From Eledone cirrhosa (lineage: Eukaryota), in NCBI GenBank assembly GCA_964016885.1, contig OZ024756.1, forward strand, positions 1,798,001 through 1,862,000: a stretch of DNA of 64,000 bases, in the 5' to 3' direction. The notes beneath the pieces were generated by a model. It saw nothing but the letters and a program-made list of their open reading frames with translations, searched no databases and was not told the origin of the DNA. Both the position numbers and the translations under genes were made by a program. Positions 26,401 through 39,400 of the stretch are shown here, in pieces; the stretch's first letter is position 1, and each line of letters begins with the position of its first letter.

Positions 26401-28499
26401 CTTGCTGTCTTAAGTACATCTATGTAGTGTGCAGTGTCAGTGATCAGGTCCTCTGTCTTGCTGTGTTCAGTACATCTATGTAGTGTGCAGTGTCAGTGAT
26501 CTGGTCCTTTGTCTTGCTGTCTTCAGTACATCTATGAAGTGTGCAGTGTCAGGGATCTGGTCCGCTGTCTTGCTGTCTTCAGTTCATCTATGAAGTATGC
26601 AGTATCAGTGATCTGGTCCTCTGTCTTGCTGTCTTCAGTACATCTATGAAGTGTGCAGTGTCAGTGATCTGGTCCTCTGTCTTGCTGTCTTCAGTTCATC
26701 TATGAAGTGTGCAGTGTCAGTGATCAGGTCCTCTGTCTTGCTGTCTTCAGTTCATCTATGAAGTGTGAAGTGTCAGTGATCAGCTCCTCTGTCTTGCTGT
26801 CTTCAGTATATCAATGAAGTGTGCAGTGTCAGTGATCTGGTCCTCTGTCTTGCTGTCTTCAGTACATCTATGAAGTGTGCAGTGTCAGTGATCTGGTCCT
26901 CTGTGTTGCTGTCTTCAGTTCATCTATGAAATGTGAAGTGTCAGGGATCTGGTCGTCTGTCTTGCTGTCTTCAGTACATCTATGAAGTGTGCAGTGTCAG
27001 TGATCTGGTCCTCTGTCTTGCTGTCTTCAGTACATCTATGAAGTGTTCAGTGTCAGTGATCTGGTCCTCTGTCTTGCTGTCTTCAGTACATCTATGAAGT
27101 GTGCAGAGTCAGTGATCTGGTCCTCTGTGTTGCTGTCTTCAGTACATTTATGAAGTCTGCAGTGTCAGTGATCTGGTCATCTGTCTTGCTGTCTTCAGTA
27201 CATCTATGAAGTGTGCAGTGTCAGTGATCTGGTCCTCTCTCTTGCTGTCTTCAGTACATCTGTGAACTTTGTAGTGTCAGTGATCAGATCCTCTGTCTTG
27301 CTGTCTTCAGTACATATATGAAGTGTGCAGTGTCAGTGATCTGGTCCTCTGTCTTGCTGTCTTCAGTTCATCTATGAAGTGTGCAGTGTCAGTGATCTGG
27401 TCCTCTGTCTTGCTGTCTTCAGTACATCTGTGAAGTTTGTAGTGTCAGTGATCAGGTCCTCTGTCTTGCTGTCTTCAGTACATCTATGTAGTGTGCAGTG
27501 TCAGTGATCAGGTCCTCTGTCTTCCTGTCTTCAGTACATCTGTGAAGTGTGTAGTGTCAGTGATCAGGTCCTCTGTCTTGCTGTCTTAAGTACATCTATG
27601 TAGTGTGCAGTGTCAGTGATCAGGTCCTCTGTCTTGCTGTCTTCAGTACATCTATGTAGTGTGCAGTGTCAGTGATCTGGTCCTCTGTCTTGCTGTCTTC
27701 AGTACATCTATGAAGTGTGCAGTGTCAGGGATCTGGTCCGCTGTCTTGCTGTCTTCAGTTCATCTATGAAGTATCCAGTATCAGTGATCTGGTCCTCTGT
27801 CTTGCTGTCTTCAGTTCATCTATGAAGTGTGAAGTGTCAGTGATCAGCTCCTCTGTCTTGCTGTCCTCAGTACATCTATGAAGTATGCAGTGTCAGGGAT
27901 CTGGTCCTCTGTCTTGCTGTCGTCAGTTCATCTATGAAGTGTGCAGTGTCAGTGATCTCGTCCTCTGTCTTGCTGTCTTCAGTACATCTATGAAGTGTGC
28001 AGTGTCAGTGATCTCGTCCTCTGTCTTGCTGTCTTCAGTACATCTATGAAGTGTGCAGTGTCAGTGATCTGGTCCTCTGTCTTGCTGTCTGCAGTTCATC
28101 TATGAAGTGTGCAGTGTCAGTGATCTGGTCCTCTGTCTTGCTGTCTTCAGTACATCTATGAAGTGTGCAGTGTCAGTGATCTGGTCCTCTGTCTTGCTGT
28201 CTTCAGTACATCTATGAAGTGTGCAGTGTCAGTGATCTGGTCCTCTGTCTTGCTGTGTTCAGTTTATCTATGAAGTGTGCAGTGTCAGTGATCTGTTCCT
28301 CTGTCTTGCTGTCTTCAGTACATCTATGAAGTGTGCAGTGTCAGTGATCTGGTCCTCTGTCTTGTTGTCTTCAGTTCATCTATGAAGTGTGCAGTGTCAG
28401 TGATCTGGTCCTCTGTCTTGCTGTCTTCAGTTCATCTATGAAGTGTGCAGTGTCAGTGATCTGGTCCTCTGTCTTGCTGTCTTCAGTTCATCTATGAAG

Positions 28500-31400
28500 T
28501 GTGCAGTGTCAGTGATCTGGTCCTCTGTCTTGCTGTCTTCAGTTCATCTATGAAGTGTGCAGTGTCAGGGATCTGGTCCTCTGTCTTGCTGTCTTCAGTA
28601 CATCTATGAAGTGTGCAGTGTCAGTGATCTGGTCCTGTCTTGCTGTCTTCAGTACATCTATGAAGTGTGCAGTGTCAGTGATCTGGTCCTCTGTCTTGCT
28701 GTCTTCAGTTCATCTATGAAGTATGCAGTGTCAGTGATATGGTCCTCTGTCTTGCTGTCTTCAGTACATCTATGAAGTGTGCAGTGTCAGTGATCTGGTC
28801 CTCTGTCTTGCTGTCTTCAGTTCATCTATGAAGTGTGCAGTGTCAGGGATCTGGTCCTCTGTCTTGCTGTCTTCAGTTCATCTATGAAGTGTGCAGTGTC
28901 AGTGATCTGGTCCTCTGTCTTGCTGTCTTCAGTACATCTATGAAGTGTGCAGTGTCAGTGATCTGGTCCTCTCTCTTGCTGTCTTCAGTTCATCTATGAA
29001 GTATGCAGTGTCAGTGATCTGGTCCTCCATCTTGCTTTCTTCAGTACATCTATGAAGTGTGCAGTGTCAGTAATCTGGTCCTCTATCTTGCTGTCTTCAG
29101 TACATCTATGAAGTGTGCAGTGTCAGGGATCTGGTCCTCTGTCTTGCTGTCTTCAGTTCATCTATGAAGTGTGCAGTGTCAGTGATCTGGTCCTCTGTCT
29201 TGCTGTCTTCAGTACATCTATGAAGTGTGCAGTGTCAGTGATCTGGTCCTCTGTCTTGCTGTCTTCAGTTCATCTATGAAGTGTGCAGTGTCAGTGATCT
29301 GGTCCTCTGTCTTGCTGTCTTCAGTACATCTATGAAGTGTGCAGTGTCAGTGATCTGGTCCTGTCTTGCTGTCTTCAGTACATCTATGAAGTGTGCAGTG
29401 TCAGTGATCTGGTCCTCTGTCTTGCTGTCTTCAGTTCATCTATGAAGTATGCAGTGTCAGTGATCTGGTCCTCTGTCTTGCTGTCTTCAGTACATCTATG
29501 AAGTGTGCAGTGTCAGTGATCTGGTCCTCTGTCTTGCTGTCTTCAGTTTATCTATGAAGTGTGCAGTGTCAGTGATCTGGTCCTCTGTCTTGCTGTCTTC
29601 AGTACATCTATGAAGTGTGCAGTGTCAGTGATCTCGTCCTCTGTCTTGCTGCCTTCAGTACATCTATGAAGTGTGCAGTCTTAGTGATCTGGTCCTCTGT
29701 CTTGATGTCTTCAGTTCATCTATGAAGTGTGCAGTGTCAGTGATCTGGTCCTCTGTCTTGCTGTCTTCAGTTCATCTATGAAGTATGCAGTGTCAGTGAT
29801 CTCGTCCTCTGTCTTGCTGTCTGCAGTACATCTATGAAGTGTTCAGTGTCAGTGATCTGGTCCTCTGTCTTGCTGTCTTCAGTACATCTGTGAACTTTGT
29901 AGTGTCAGTGGTCAGATCCTCTGTCTTGCTGTCTTCAGTACATCTATGTAGTGTGCAGTGTCAGTGATCTGGTCCTCTGTCGTGCTGTCTTCAGTACATC
30001 TATGAAGTGTGCAGTGTCAGTGATCTGGTCCTCTGTCTTGCTGTCTTCAGTTCATTTATGAAGTGTGCAGTGTCAGTGATCTGGTCCTCTGTCTTGCTGT
30101 CTTCAGTACATCTGTGAAGTTTGTAGTGTCAGTGATCAGGTCCTCTGTCTTGCTGTCTTCAGTACATCTATGTAGTGTGCAGTGTCAGTGATCAGGTCCT
30201 CTGTCTTCCTGTCTTCAGTACATCTGTGAAGTGTGTAGTGTCAGTGATCAGGTCCTCTGTCTTGCTGTCTTAAGTACATCTATGTAGTGTGCAGTGTCAG
30301 TGATCAGGTCCTCTGTCTTGCTGTCTTCAGTACATCTATGAAGTGTGCAGTGTCAGTGATCTGGTCCTCTGTCTTGCTGTCTTCAGTACTTCTATGAAAT
30401 GTGCAGTGTCAGTGATCTGGTCCTCTGTCTTGCTGTCTTCAGTACATCTATGAAGTGTGCAGTGTCAGTGATCTGGTCCTCTGTCTTGCTGTCTTCAGTA
30501 CATCTATGAAGTGTGCTGTGTCAGTGATCTGGTCCTCTGTCTTGCTGTCTTCAGTTCATCTATGAAGTATGCAGTGTCAGTGATCTGGTCCTCCATCTTG
30601 CTGTCTTCAGTACATCTATGAAGTGTGCAGTGTCAGTAATCTGGTCCTCTATCTTGCTGTCTTCAGTACATCTATGAAGTGTGCAGTGTCAGGGATCTGG
30701 TCCTCTGTCTTGCTGTCTTCAGTTCATCTATGAAGTGTGCAGTGTCAGTGATCTGGTCCTCTGTCTTGCTGTCTTCAGTACATCTATGAAGTGTGCAGTG
30801 TCAGTGATCTGGTCCTCGGTCTTGCTGTCTTCAGTTCATCTATGAAGTGGGCAGTGTCAGTGATCTGGTCCTCTGTCTTGCTGTCTTCAGTTCATCTATG
30901 AAGTGTGCAGTGTCAGGGATCTGGTCCTCTGTCTTGCTGTCTTCAGTACATCTATGAAGTGTGCAGTGTCAGTGATCTGGTCCTGTCTTGCTGTCTTCAG
31001 TACATCTATGAAGTGTGCAGTGTCAGTGATCTGGTCCTCTGTCTTGCTGTCTTCAGTTCATCTATGAAGTATGCAGTGTCAGTGATATGGTCCTCTGTCT
31101 TGCTGTCTTCAGTACATCTATGAAGTGTGCAGTGTCAGTGATCTGGTCCTCTGTCTTGCTGTCTTCAGTTCATCTATGAAGTGTGCAGTGTCAGGGATCT
31201 GGTCCTCTGTCTTGCTGTCTTCAGTTCATCTATGAAGTGTGCAGTGTCAGTGATCTGGTCCTCTGTCTTGCTGTCTTCAGTACATCTATGAAGTGTGCAG
31301 TGTCAGTGATCTGGTCCTCTGTCTTGCTGTCTTCAGTTCATCTATGAAGTATGCAGTGTCAGTGATCTGGTCCTCCATCTTGCTTTCTTCAGTACATCTA

Positions 31401-33500
31401 TGAAGTGTGCAGTGTCAGTAATCTGGTCCTCTATCTTGCTGTCTTCAGTACATCTATGAAGTGTGCAGTGTCAGGGATCTGGTCCTCTGTCTTGCTGTCT
31501 TCAGTTCATCTATGAAGTGTGCAGTGTCAGTGATCTGGTCCTCTGTCTTGCTGTCTTCAGTACATCTATGAAGTGTGCAGTGTCAGTGATCTGGTCCTCT
31601 GTCTTGCTGTCTTCAGTTCATCTATGAAGTGTGCAGTGTCAGTGATCTGGTCCTCTGTCTTGCTGTCTTCAGTACATCGATGAAGTGTGCAGTGTCAGTG
31701 ATCTGGTCCTGTCTTGCTGTCTTCAGTACATCTATGAAGTGTGCAGTGTCAGTGATCTGGTCCTCTGTCTTGCTGTCTTCAGTTCATCTATGAAGTATGC
31801 AGTGTCAGTGATCTGGTCCTTTGTCTTGCTGTCTTCAGTACATCTATGAAGTGTGCAGTGTCAGTGATCTGGTCCTCTGTCTTGCTGTCTTCAGTTTATC
31901 TATGAAGTGTGCAGTGTCAGTGATCTGGTCCTCTGTCTTGCTGTCTTCAGTACATCTATGAAGTGTGCAGTGTCAGTGATCTCGTCCTCTGTCTTGCTGC
32001 CTTCAGTACATCTATGAAGTGTGCAGTCTTAGTGATCTGGTCCTCTGTCTTGATGTCTTCAGTTCATCTATGAAGTGTGCAGTGTCAGTGATCTGGTCCT
32101 CTGTCTTGCTGTCTTCAGTTCATCTATGAAGTATGCAGTGTCAGTGATCTCGTCCTCTGTCTTGCTGTCTGCAGTACATCTATGAAGTGTTCAGTGTCAG
32201 TGATCTGGTCCTCTGTCTTGCTGTCTTCAGTACATCTGTGAACTTTGTAGTGTCAGTGGTCAGATCCTCTGTCTTGCTGTCTTCAGTACATCTATGTAGT
32301 GTGCAGTGTCAGTGATCTGGTCCTCTGTCGTGCTGTCTTCAGTACATCTATGAAGTGTGCAGTGTCAGTGATCTGGTCCTCTGTCTTGCTGTCTTCAGTT
32401 CATTTATGAAGTGTGCAGTGTCAGTGATCTGGTCCTCTGTCTTGCTGTCTTCAGTACATCTGTGAAGTTTGTAGTGTCAGTGATCAGGTCCTCTGTCTTG
32501 CTGTCTTCAGTACATCTATGTAGTGTGCAGTGTCAGTGATCAGGTCCTCTGTCTTCCTGTCTTCAGTACATCTGTGAAGTGTGTAGTGTCAGTGATCAGG
32601 TCCTCTGTCTTGCTGTCTTAAGTACATCTATGTAGTGTGCAGTGTCAGTGATCAGGTCCTCTGTCTTGCTGTCTTCAGTACATCTATGAAGTGTGCAGTG
32701 TCAGTGATCTGGTCCTCTGTCTTGCTGTCTTCAGTACTTCTATGAAATGTGCAGTGTCAGTGATCTGGTCCTCTGTCTTGCTGTCTTCAGTACATCTATG
32801 AAGTGTGCAGTGTCAGTGATCTGGTCCTCTGTCTTGCTGTCTTCAGTACATCTATGAAGTGTGCTGTGTCAGTGATCTGGTCCTCTGTCTTGCTGTCTTC
32901 AGTTCATCTATGAAGTATGCAGTGTCAGTGATCTGGTCCTCCATCTTGCTGTCTTCAGTACATCTATGAAGTGTGCAGTGTCAGTAATCTGGTCCTCTAT
33001 CTTGCTGTCTTCAGTACATCTATGAAGTGTGCAGTGTCAGGGATCTGGTCCTCTGTCTTGCTGTCTTCAGTTCATCTATGAAGTGTGCAGTGTCAGTGAT
33101 CTGGTCCTCTGTCTTGCTGTCTTCAGTACATCTATGAAGTGTGCAGTGTCAGTGATCTGGTCCTCGGTCTTGCTGTCTTCAGTTCATCTATGAAGTGGGC
33201 AGTGTCAGTGATCTGGTCCTCTGTCTTGCTGTCTTCAGTTCATCTATGAAGTGTGCAGTGTCAGTGATCTGGTCCTCTGTCTTGCTGTCTTCAGTACATC
33301 TATGAAGTGTGCAGTGTCAGTGATCTGGTCCTGTCTTGCTGTCTTCAGTACATCTATGAAGTGTGCAGTGTCAGTGATCTGGTCCTCTGTCTTGCTGTCT
33401 TCAGTTCATCTATGAAGTATGCAGTGTCAGTGATATGGTCCTCTGTCTTGCTGTCTTCAGTACATCTATGAAGTGTGCAGTGTCAGTGATCTGGTCCTCT
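28500..33500. repeat. Tandem higher-order repeat, 2348-bp period (42 monomers, two of them 54 bp), about 2.1 copies
   Basis: 2-bp deletions (GGTCCTGTC) near 28635/30983/33331 and 29361/31709. Identical ORF-track entries at 28557/30905. Private variants GCCTTC, CAGTCTTAG, CTTGATG, GTGGTCAGA and TACTTCTATGAAA recur at +2348 (42x56-4). Confidence 0.9.
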
Positions 33501-36499
33501 GTCTTGCTGTCTTCAGTTTATATATGAAGTGTGCAGTGTCAGTGATCTGGTCCTCTGTCTTGCTGTCTTCAGTACATCTATGAAGTGTGCAGTGTCAGTG
33601 ATCTCGTCCTCTGTCTTGCTGTCTTCAGTACATCTATGAAGTGTGCAGTGTCAGTGATCTCGTCCTCTGTCTTGCTGTCTTCAGTTCATCTATGAAGTGT
33701 GCAGTGTCAGTGATCTGGTCCTCTGTCTTGCTGTCTTCAGTACATCTATGAAGTGTGCAGTCTCAGTGATCTGGTCCTCTGTCTTGCTGTCTTCAGTACA
33801 TCTATGAAGTGTGCAGTGTCAGTGATCTGGTCCTCTGTCTTGCTGTCTTCAGTTCATCTATGAAGTATGCAGTGTCAGTGATCTGGTCCTCCATCTTGCT
33901 TTCTTCAGTACATCTATGAAGTGTGCAGTGTCAGTAATCTGGTCCTCTATCTTGCTGTCTTCAGTACATCTATGAAGTGTGCAGTGTCAGGGATCTGGTC
34001 CTCTGTCTTGCTGTCTTCAGTTCATCTATGAAGTGTGCAGTGTCAGTGATCTGGTCCTCTGTCTTGCTGTCTTCAGTACATCTATGAAGTGTGCAGTGTC
34101 AGTGATCTGGTCCTCTGTCTTGCTGTCTTCAGTTCATCTATGAAGTGTGCAGTGTCAGTGATCTGGTCCTCTGTCTTGCTGTCTTCAGTACATCTATGAA
34201 GTGTGCAGTGTCAGTGATCTGGTCCTCTGTCTTGCTGTCTTCAGTACATCTATGAAGTGTGCAGTGTCAGTGATCTGGTCCTCCGTCTTGCTGTCTTCAG
34301 TTCATCTATGAAGTATGCAGTGTCAGTGATCTGGTTCTCTGTCTTGCTGTCTTCAGTACATCTATGAAGTGTGCAGTGTCAGTGATCTGGTCCTCTGTCT
34401 TGCTGTCTGCAGTACATCTATGAAGTGTTCAGTGTCAGTGATCTGGTCCTCTGTCTTGCTGTCTTCAGTACATCTGTGAACTTTGTAGTGTCAGTGATCA
34501 GATCCTCTGTCTTGCTGTCTTCAGTACATCTGTGAACTTTGTAGTGTCAGTGATCAGATCCTCTGTCTTGCTGTCTTCAGTACATCTGTGAACTTTGTAG
34601 TGTCAGTGATCAGATCCTCTGTCTTGCTGTCTTCAGTACATCTATGTAGTGTGCAGTGTCAGTGATCTGGTCCTCTGTCGTGCTGTCTTCAGTACATCTA
34701 TGAAGTGTTCAGTGTCAGTGATCTGGTCCTCTGTCTTGCTGTCTTCAGTTCATCTATGAAGTGTGCAGTGTCAGTGATCTGGTCCTCTGTCTTGCTGTCT
34801 TCAGTTCATCTATGAAGTGGGCAGTGTCAGTGATCTGGTCCTCTGTCTTGCTGTCTTCAGTTCATCTATGAAGTGTGCAGTGTCAGTGATCTGGTCCTCT
34901 GTCTTGCTGTCTTCAGTACATCTATGAAGTGTGCAGTGTCAGTGATCTGGTCCTGTCTTGCTGTCTTCAGTACATCTATGAAGTGTGCAGTGTCAGTGAT
35001 CTGGTCCTCTGTCTTGCTGTCTTCAGTTCATCTATGAAGTAAGCAGTGTCAGTGATATGGTCCTCTGTCTTGCTGTCTTCAGTACATCTATGAAGTGTGC
35101 AGTGTCAGTGATCTGGTCCTCTGTCTTGCTGTCTTCAGTTCATCTATGAAGTATGCAGTGTCAGTGATCTCGTCCTCTGTCTTGCTGTCTGCAGTACATC
35201 TATGAAGTGTTCAGTGTCAGTGATCTGGTCCTCTGTCTTGCTGTCTTCAGTACATCTGTGAACTTTGTAGTGTCAGTGATCAGATCCTCTGTCTTGCTGT
35301 CTTCAGTAGATCTATGTAGTGTGCAGTGTCAGTGATCTGGTCCTCTGTCGTGCTGTCTTCAGTACATCTATGAAGTGTGCAGTGTCAGTGATCTGGTCCT
35401 CTGTCTTGCTGTCTTCAGTTCATTTATGAAGTGTGCAGTGTCAGTGGTCTGGTCCTCTGTCTTGCTGTCTTCAGTACATCTGTGAAGTTTGTAGTGTCAG
35501 TGATCAGGTCCTCTGTCTTGCTGTCTTCAGTACACCTATGAAGTGTGCAGTGTCAGTGATCTGGTCCTCTGTCTTGCTGTCTTCAGTACATCTATGAAGT
35601 GTGCAGTGTCAGTGATCAGGTCCTCTGTCTTGCTGTCTTCAGTACATCTATGTAGTGTGCAGTGTCAGTGATCTGGTCCTCTGTCTTGCTGTCTTCAGTA
35701 CATCTATGAAGTGTGCAGTGTCAGTGATCTCGTCCTCTGTCTTGCTGTCTTCAGTACATCTATGAATTGTGCAGTGTCAGTGATCTCGTCCTCTGTCTTG
35801 CTGTCTTCAGTTCATCTATGAAGTGTGCAGTGTCAGGGATCTGGTCCTCTGTCTTGCTGTCTTCAGTTCATCTATGAAGTGTGCAGTGTCAGTGATCTGT
35901 TCCTCTGTCTTGCTGTCTTCAGTACATCTATGAAGTGTGCAGTGTCAGTGATCTGGTCCTCTGTCTTGCTGTCTTCAGTTCATCTATGAAGTGTGCAGTG
36001 TCAGTGATCTGGTCCTCCGTCTTGCTGTTTTCAGTACATCTATGAAGTGTGCAGTGTCAGGGATCTGGTCCTCTGTCTTGCTGTCTTCAGTTCATCTATG
36101 AAGTGTGCAGTGTCAGTGATCTCGTCCTCTGTCTTGCTGTCTTCAGTACATCTATGAAGTGTGCAGTGTCAGTGATCTGGTCCTCTGTCTTGCTGTCTTC
36201 AGTACATCTATGAAGTGTGCAGTGTCAGTGATCTTGTCCTCTGTCTTGCTGTCTTCAGTACATCTATGAAGTGTGCAGTGTCAGGGATCTGGTCCTCTGT
36301 CTTGCTGTCTTCAGTTCATCTATGAAGTGTGCAGTGTCAGTGATCTCGTCCTCTGTCTTGCTGTCTTCAGTACATCTATGAAGTGTGCAGTGTCAGTGAT
36401 CTCGTCCTCTGTCTTGCTGTCTTCAGTACATCTATGAAGTGTGCAGTGTCAGTGATCTGGTCCTCTGTCTTGCTGTCTGCAGTTCATCTATGAAGTGTG

Positions 36500-39400
36500 C
36501 AGTGTCAGTGATCTGGTCCTCTGTCTTGCTGTCTTCAGTACATCTATGAAGTGTGCAGTGTCAGTGATCTGGTCCTCTGTCTTGCTGTCTTCAGTTCAAC
36601 TATGAAGTGTGCAGTGTCAGTGATCTGGTCCTCTGTCTTGCTGTCTTCAGTTCATCTATGAAGTGTGCAGTGTCAGTGATCTGGTCCTCTGTCTTGCTGT
36701 CTTCAGTTCATCCATGAAGTGTGCAGTGTCAGTGATCTGGTCCTCTGTCTTGCTGTCTTCAGTTCATCTGTGAAGTGTGCAGTGTCAGTGATCTGGTCCT
36801 CTGTCTTGCTGTCTTCAGTACATCTATGAAGTGTGCACTGTCAGTGATCTGGTCCTCTGTCTTGCTGTCTTCAGTTCATCTATGAAGTGTGCAGTGTCAG
36901 TGATCTGGTCCTCCGTCTTGCTGTTTTCAGTACATCTATGAAGTGTGCAGTGTCAGGGATCTGGTCCTCTGTCTTGCTGTCTTCAGTTCATCTATGAAGT
37001 GTGCAGTGTCAGTGATCTCGTCCTCTGTCTTGCTGTCTTCAGTACATCTATGAAGTGTGCAGTGTCAGTGATCTGGTCCTCTGTCTTGCTGTCTTCAGTA
37101 CATCTATGAAGTGTGCAGTGTCAGTGATCTGGTCCTCTGTCTTGCTGTCTTCAGTACATCTATAAAGTGTGCAGTGTGAGGGATCTGGTCCTCTGTCTTG
37201 CTGTCTTCAGTTCATCTATGAAGTGTGCAGTGTCAGTGATCTCGTCCTCTGTCTTGCTGTCTTCAGTACATCTATGAAGTGTGCAGTGTCAGTGATCTGG
37301 TCCTCTGTCTTGCTGTCTTCAGTACATCTATGAAGTGTGCAGTGTCAGTGATCTGGTCCTCTGTCTTGCTGTCTGCAGTTCATCTATGAAGTGTGCAGTG
37401 TCAGTGATCTGGTCCTCTGTCTTGCTGTCTTCAGTACATCTATGAAGTGTGCAGTGTCAGTGATCAGGTCCTCTGTCTTGCTGTCTTCAGTACATCTATG
37501 AAGTGTGCAGTGTCAGTGATCTGGTCCTCTGTCTTGCTGTCTTCAGTTCATCTATGAAGTGTGCAGTGTCAGTGATCTCGTCCTCTGTCTTGCTGTCTTC
37601 AGTTCATCTATGAAGTGTGCAGTGTCAGTGATCTGGTCCTCTGTCTTGCTGTCTTCAGTTTATCTATGAAGTGTGCAGTGTCAGGGATCTGGTCCTCTGT
37701 CTTGCTGTCTTCAGTTCATCTATGAAGTGTGCAGTGTCAGTGATCTGTTCCTCTGTCTTGCTGTCTTCAGTACATCTATGAAGTGTGCAGTGTCAGTGAT
37801 CTGGTCCTCTGTCTAGTTGTCTTCAGTTCATCTATGAAGTGTGCAGTGTCAGTGATCTGGTCCTCTGTCTTGCTGTCTTCAGTTCATCTATGAAGTGTGC
37901 AGTGTCAGTGATCTGGTCCTATGTCTTGCTGTCTTCAGTACATCTATGAAGTGTGCAGTGTCAGTGATCTGGTCCTCTGTCTTGCTGTCTTCAGTTCATC
38001 TATGAATTATGCAGTGTCAGTGATCTGGTCCTCTGTCTTGCTGTCTTCAGTACATCTATGAAGTGTGCAGTGTCAGTGATCTGGTCCTCTGTCTTGCTGT
38101 CTTCAGTTCATCTATGAAGTGTGCAGTGTCAGTGATCGGGTCCTCTGTCTTGCTGTCTTCAGTACATCTATGAAGTGTGCAGTGTCAGTGATCTCGTCCT
38201 CTGTCTTGCTGTCTTCAGTACATCTATGAAGTGTGCAGTGTCAGTGATCTGGTCCTCTGTCTTGCTGTCTTCAGTACATCTATGAAGTGTGCAGTGTCAG
38301 TGATCTCGTCCTCTGTCTTGCTGTTTTCAGTACATCTATGAAGTGTGCAGTGTCAGTGATCAGGTCCTCTGTCTTGCTGTCTTCAGTTCATCTATGAAGT
38401 GTGAAGTGTCAGTGATCAGCTCCTCTGTCTTGCTGTCCTCAGTACATCTATGAAGTGTGCAGTGTCAGTGATCTGGACCTCTGTCTTGCTGTCTTCACTA
38501 CATCTATGAAGTGTGCAGTGTCAGTGATCTGGTCCTCTGTCTTGCTGTCTTCAGTACATCTATGAAGTGTGCAGTGTCAGTGATCTGGTCCTCTGTCTTG
38601 CTGTCTTCAGTTCATCTATGAAGTGTGCAGTGTCAGTGATCAGGTCCTCTGTCTTGCTGTCTTCAGTATATCAATGAAGTGTGCAGTGTCAGTGATCTGG
38701 TCCTCCGTCTTGCTGTCTTCAGTACATCTATGAAGTGTGCAGTGTCAGTGATCTGGTCCTCTGTCTTGCTGTCTTCAGTACATCTATGAAGCGTGCAGTG
38801 TCAGTGATCTGGTCCTCTGTCTTGCTGTCTTCAGTACATTTATGAAGTGTGCAGTGTCAGTGATCTGGTCCTCTGTCTTGCTGTCTTCAGTACATTTATG
38901 AAGTGTGCAGTGACAGTGATCTGGTCCTCTGTCTTGCTGTCTTCAGTACATCTATGAAGCGTGCAGTGTCAGTGATCTGGTCCTCTGTCTTGCTGTCTTC
39001 AGTACATCTATGAAGCGTGCAGTGTCAGTGATCTGGTCATCTGTCTTGCTGTCTTCAGTACATCTATGAAGTGTGCAGTGTCAGTGATCTCGTCCTCTGT
39101 CTTGCTGTCTTCAGTACATCTATGAAGTGTGCAGTGTCAGTGATCTCGTCCTCTGTCTTGCTGTCTTCAGTACATCTATGAAGTGTGCAGTGTCAGTGAT
39201 CTGGTCCTCTGTCTTGCTGTCTGCAGTTCATCTATGAAGTGTGCAGTGTCAGTGATCTGGTCCTCTGTCTTGCTGTCTTCAGTACATCTATGAAGTGTGC
39301 AGTGTCAGTGATCTGGTCCTCTGTCTTGCTGTCTTCAGTACATCTATGAAGTGTGCAGTGTCAGTGATCTGGTCCTCTGTCTTGCTGTCTTCAGTTCATC

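Noticed and set aside
28557-28775. 72-aa ORF with an internal repeat, with an identical copy at 30905-31123
   Set aside because: Created by the GGGA variant plus the 2-bp deletion, which makes one 54-bp in-frame unit. There is no real start context and no recognisable domain. The Cys spacing does not fit a zinc finger.
37161-37167. TATAAAG, a TATA-box-like word that recurs in the right domain
   Set aside because: It is a single G-to-A change in TATGAAG spread by duplication, with no other promoter evidence or downstream gene.
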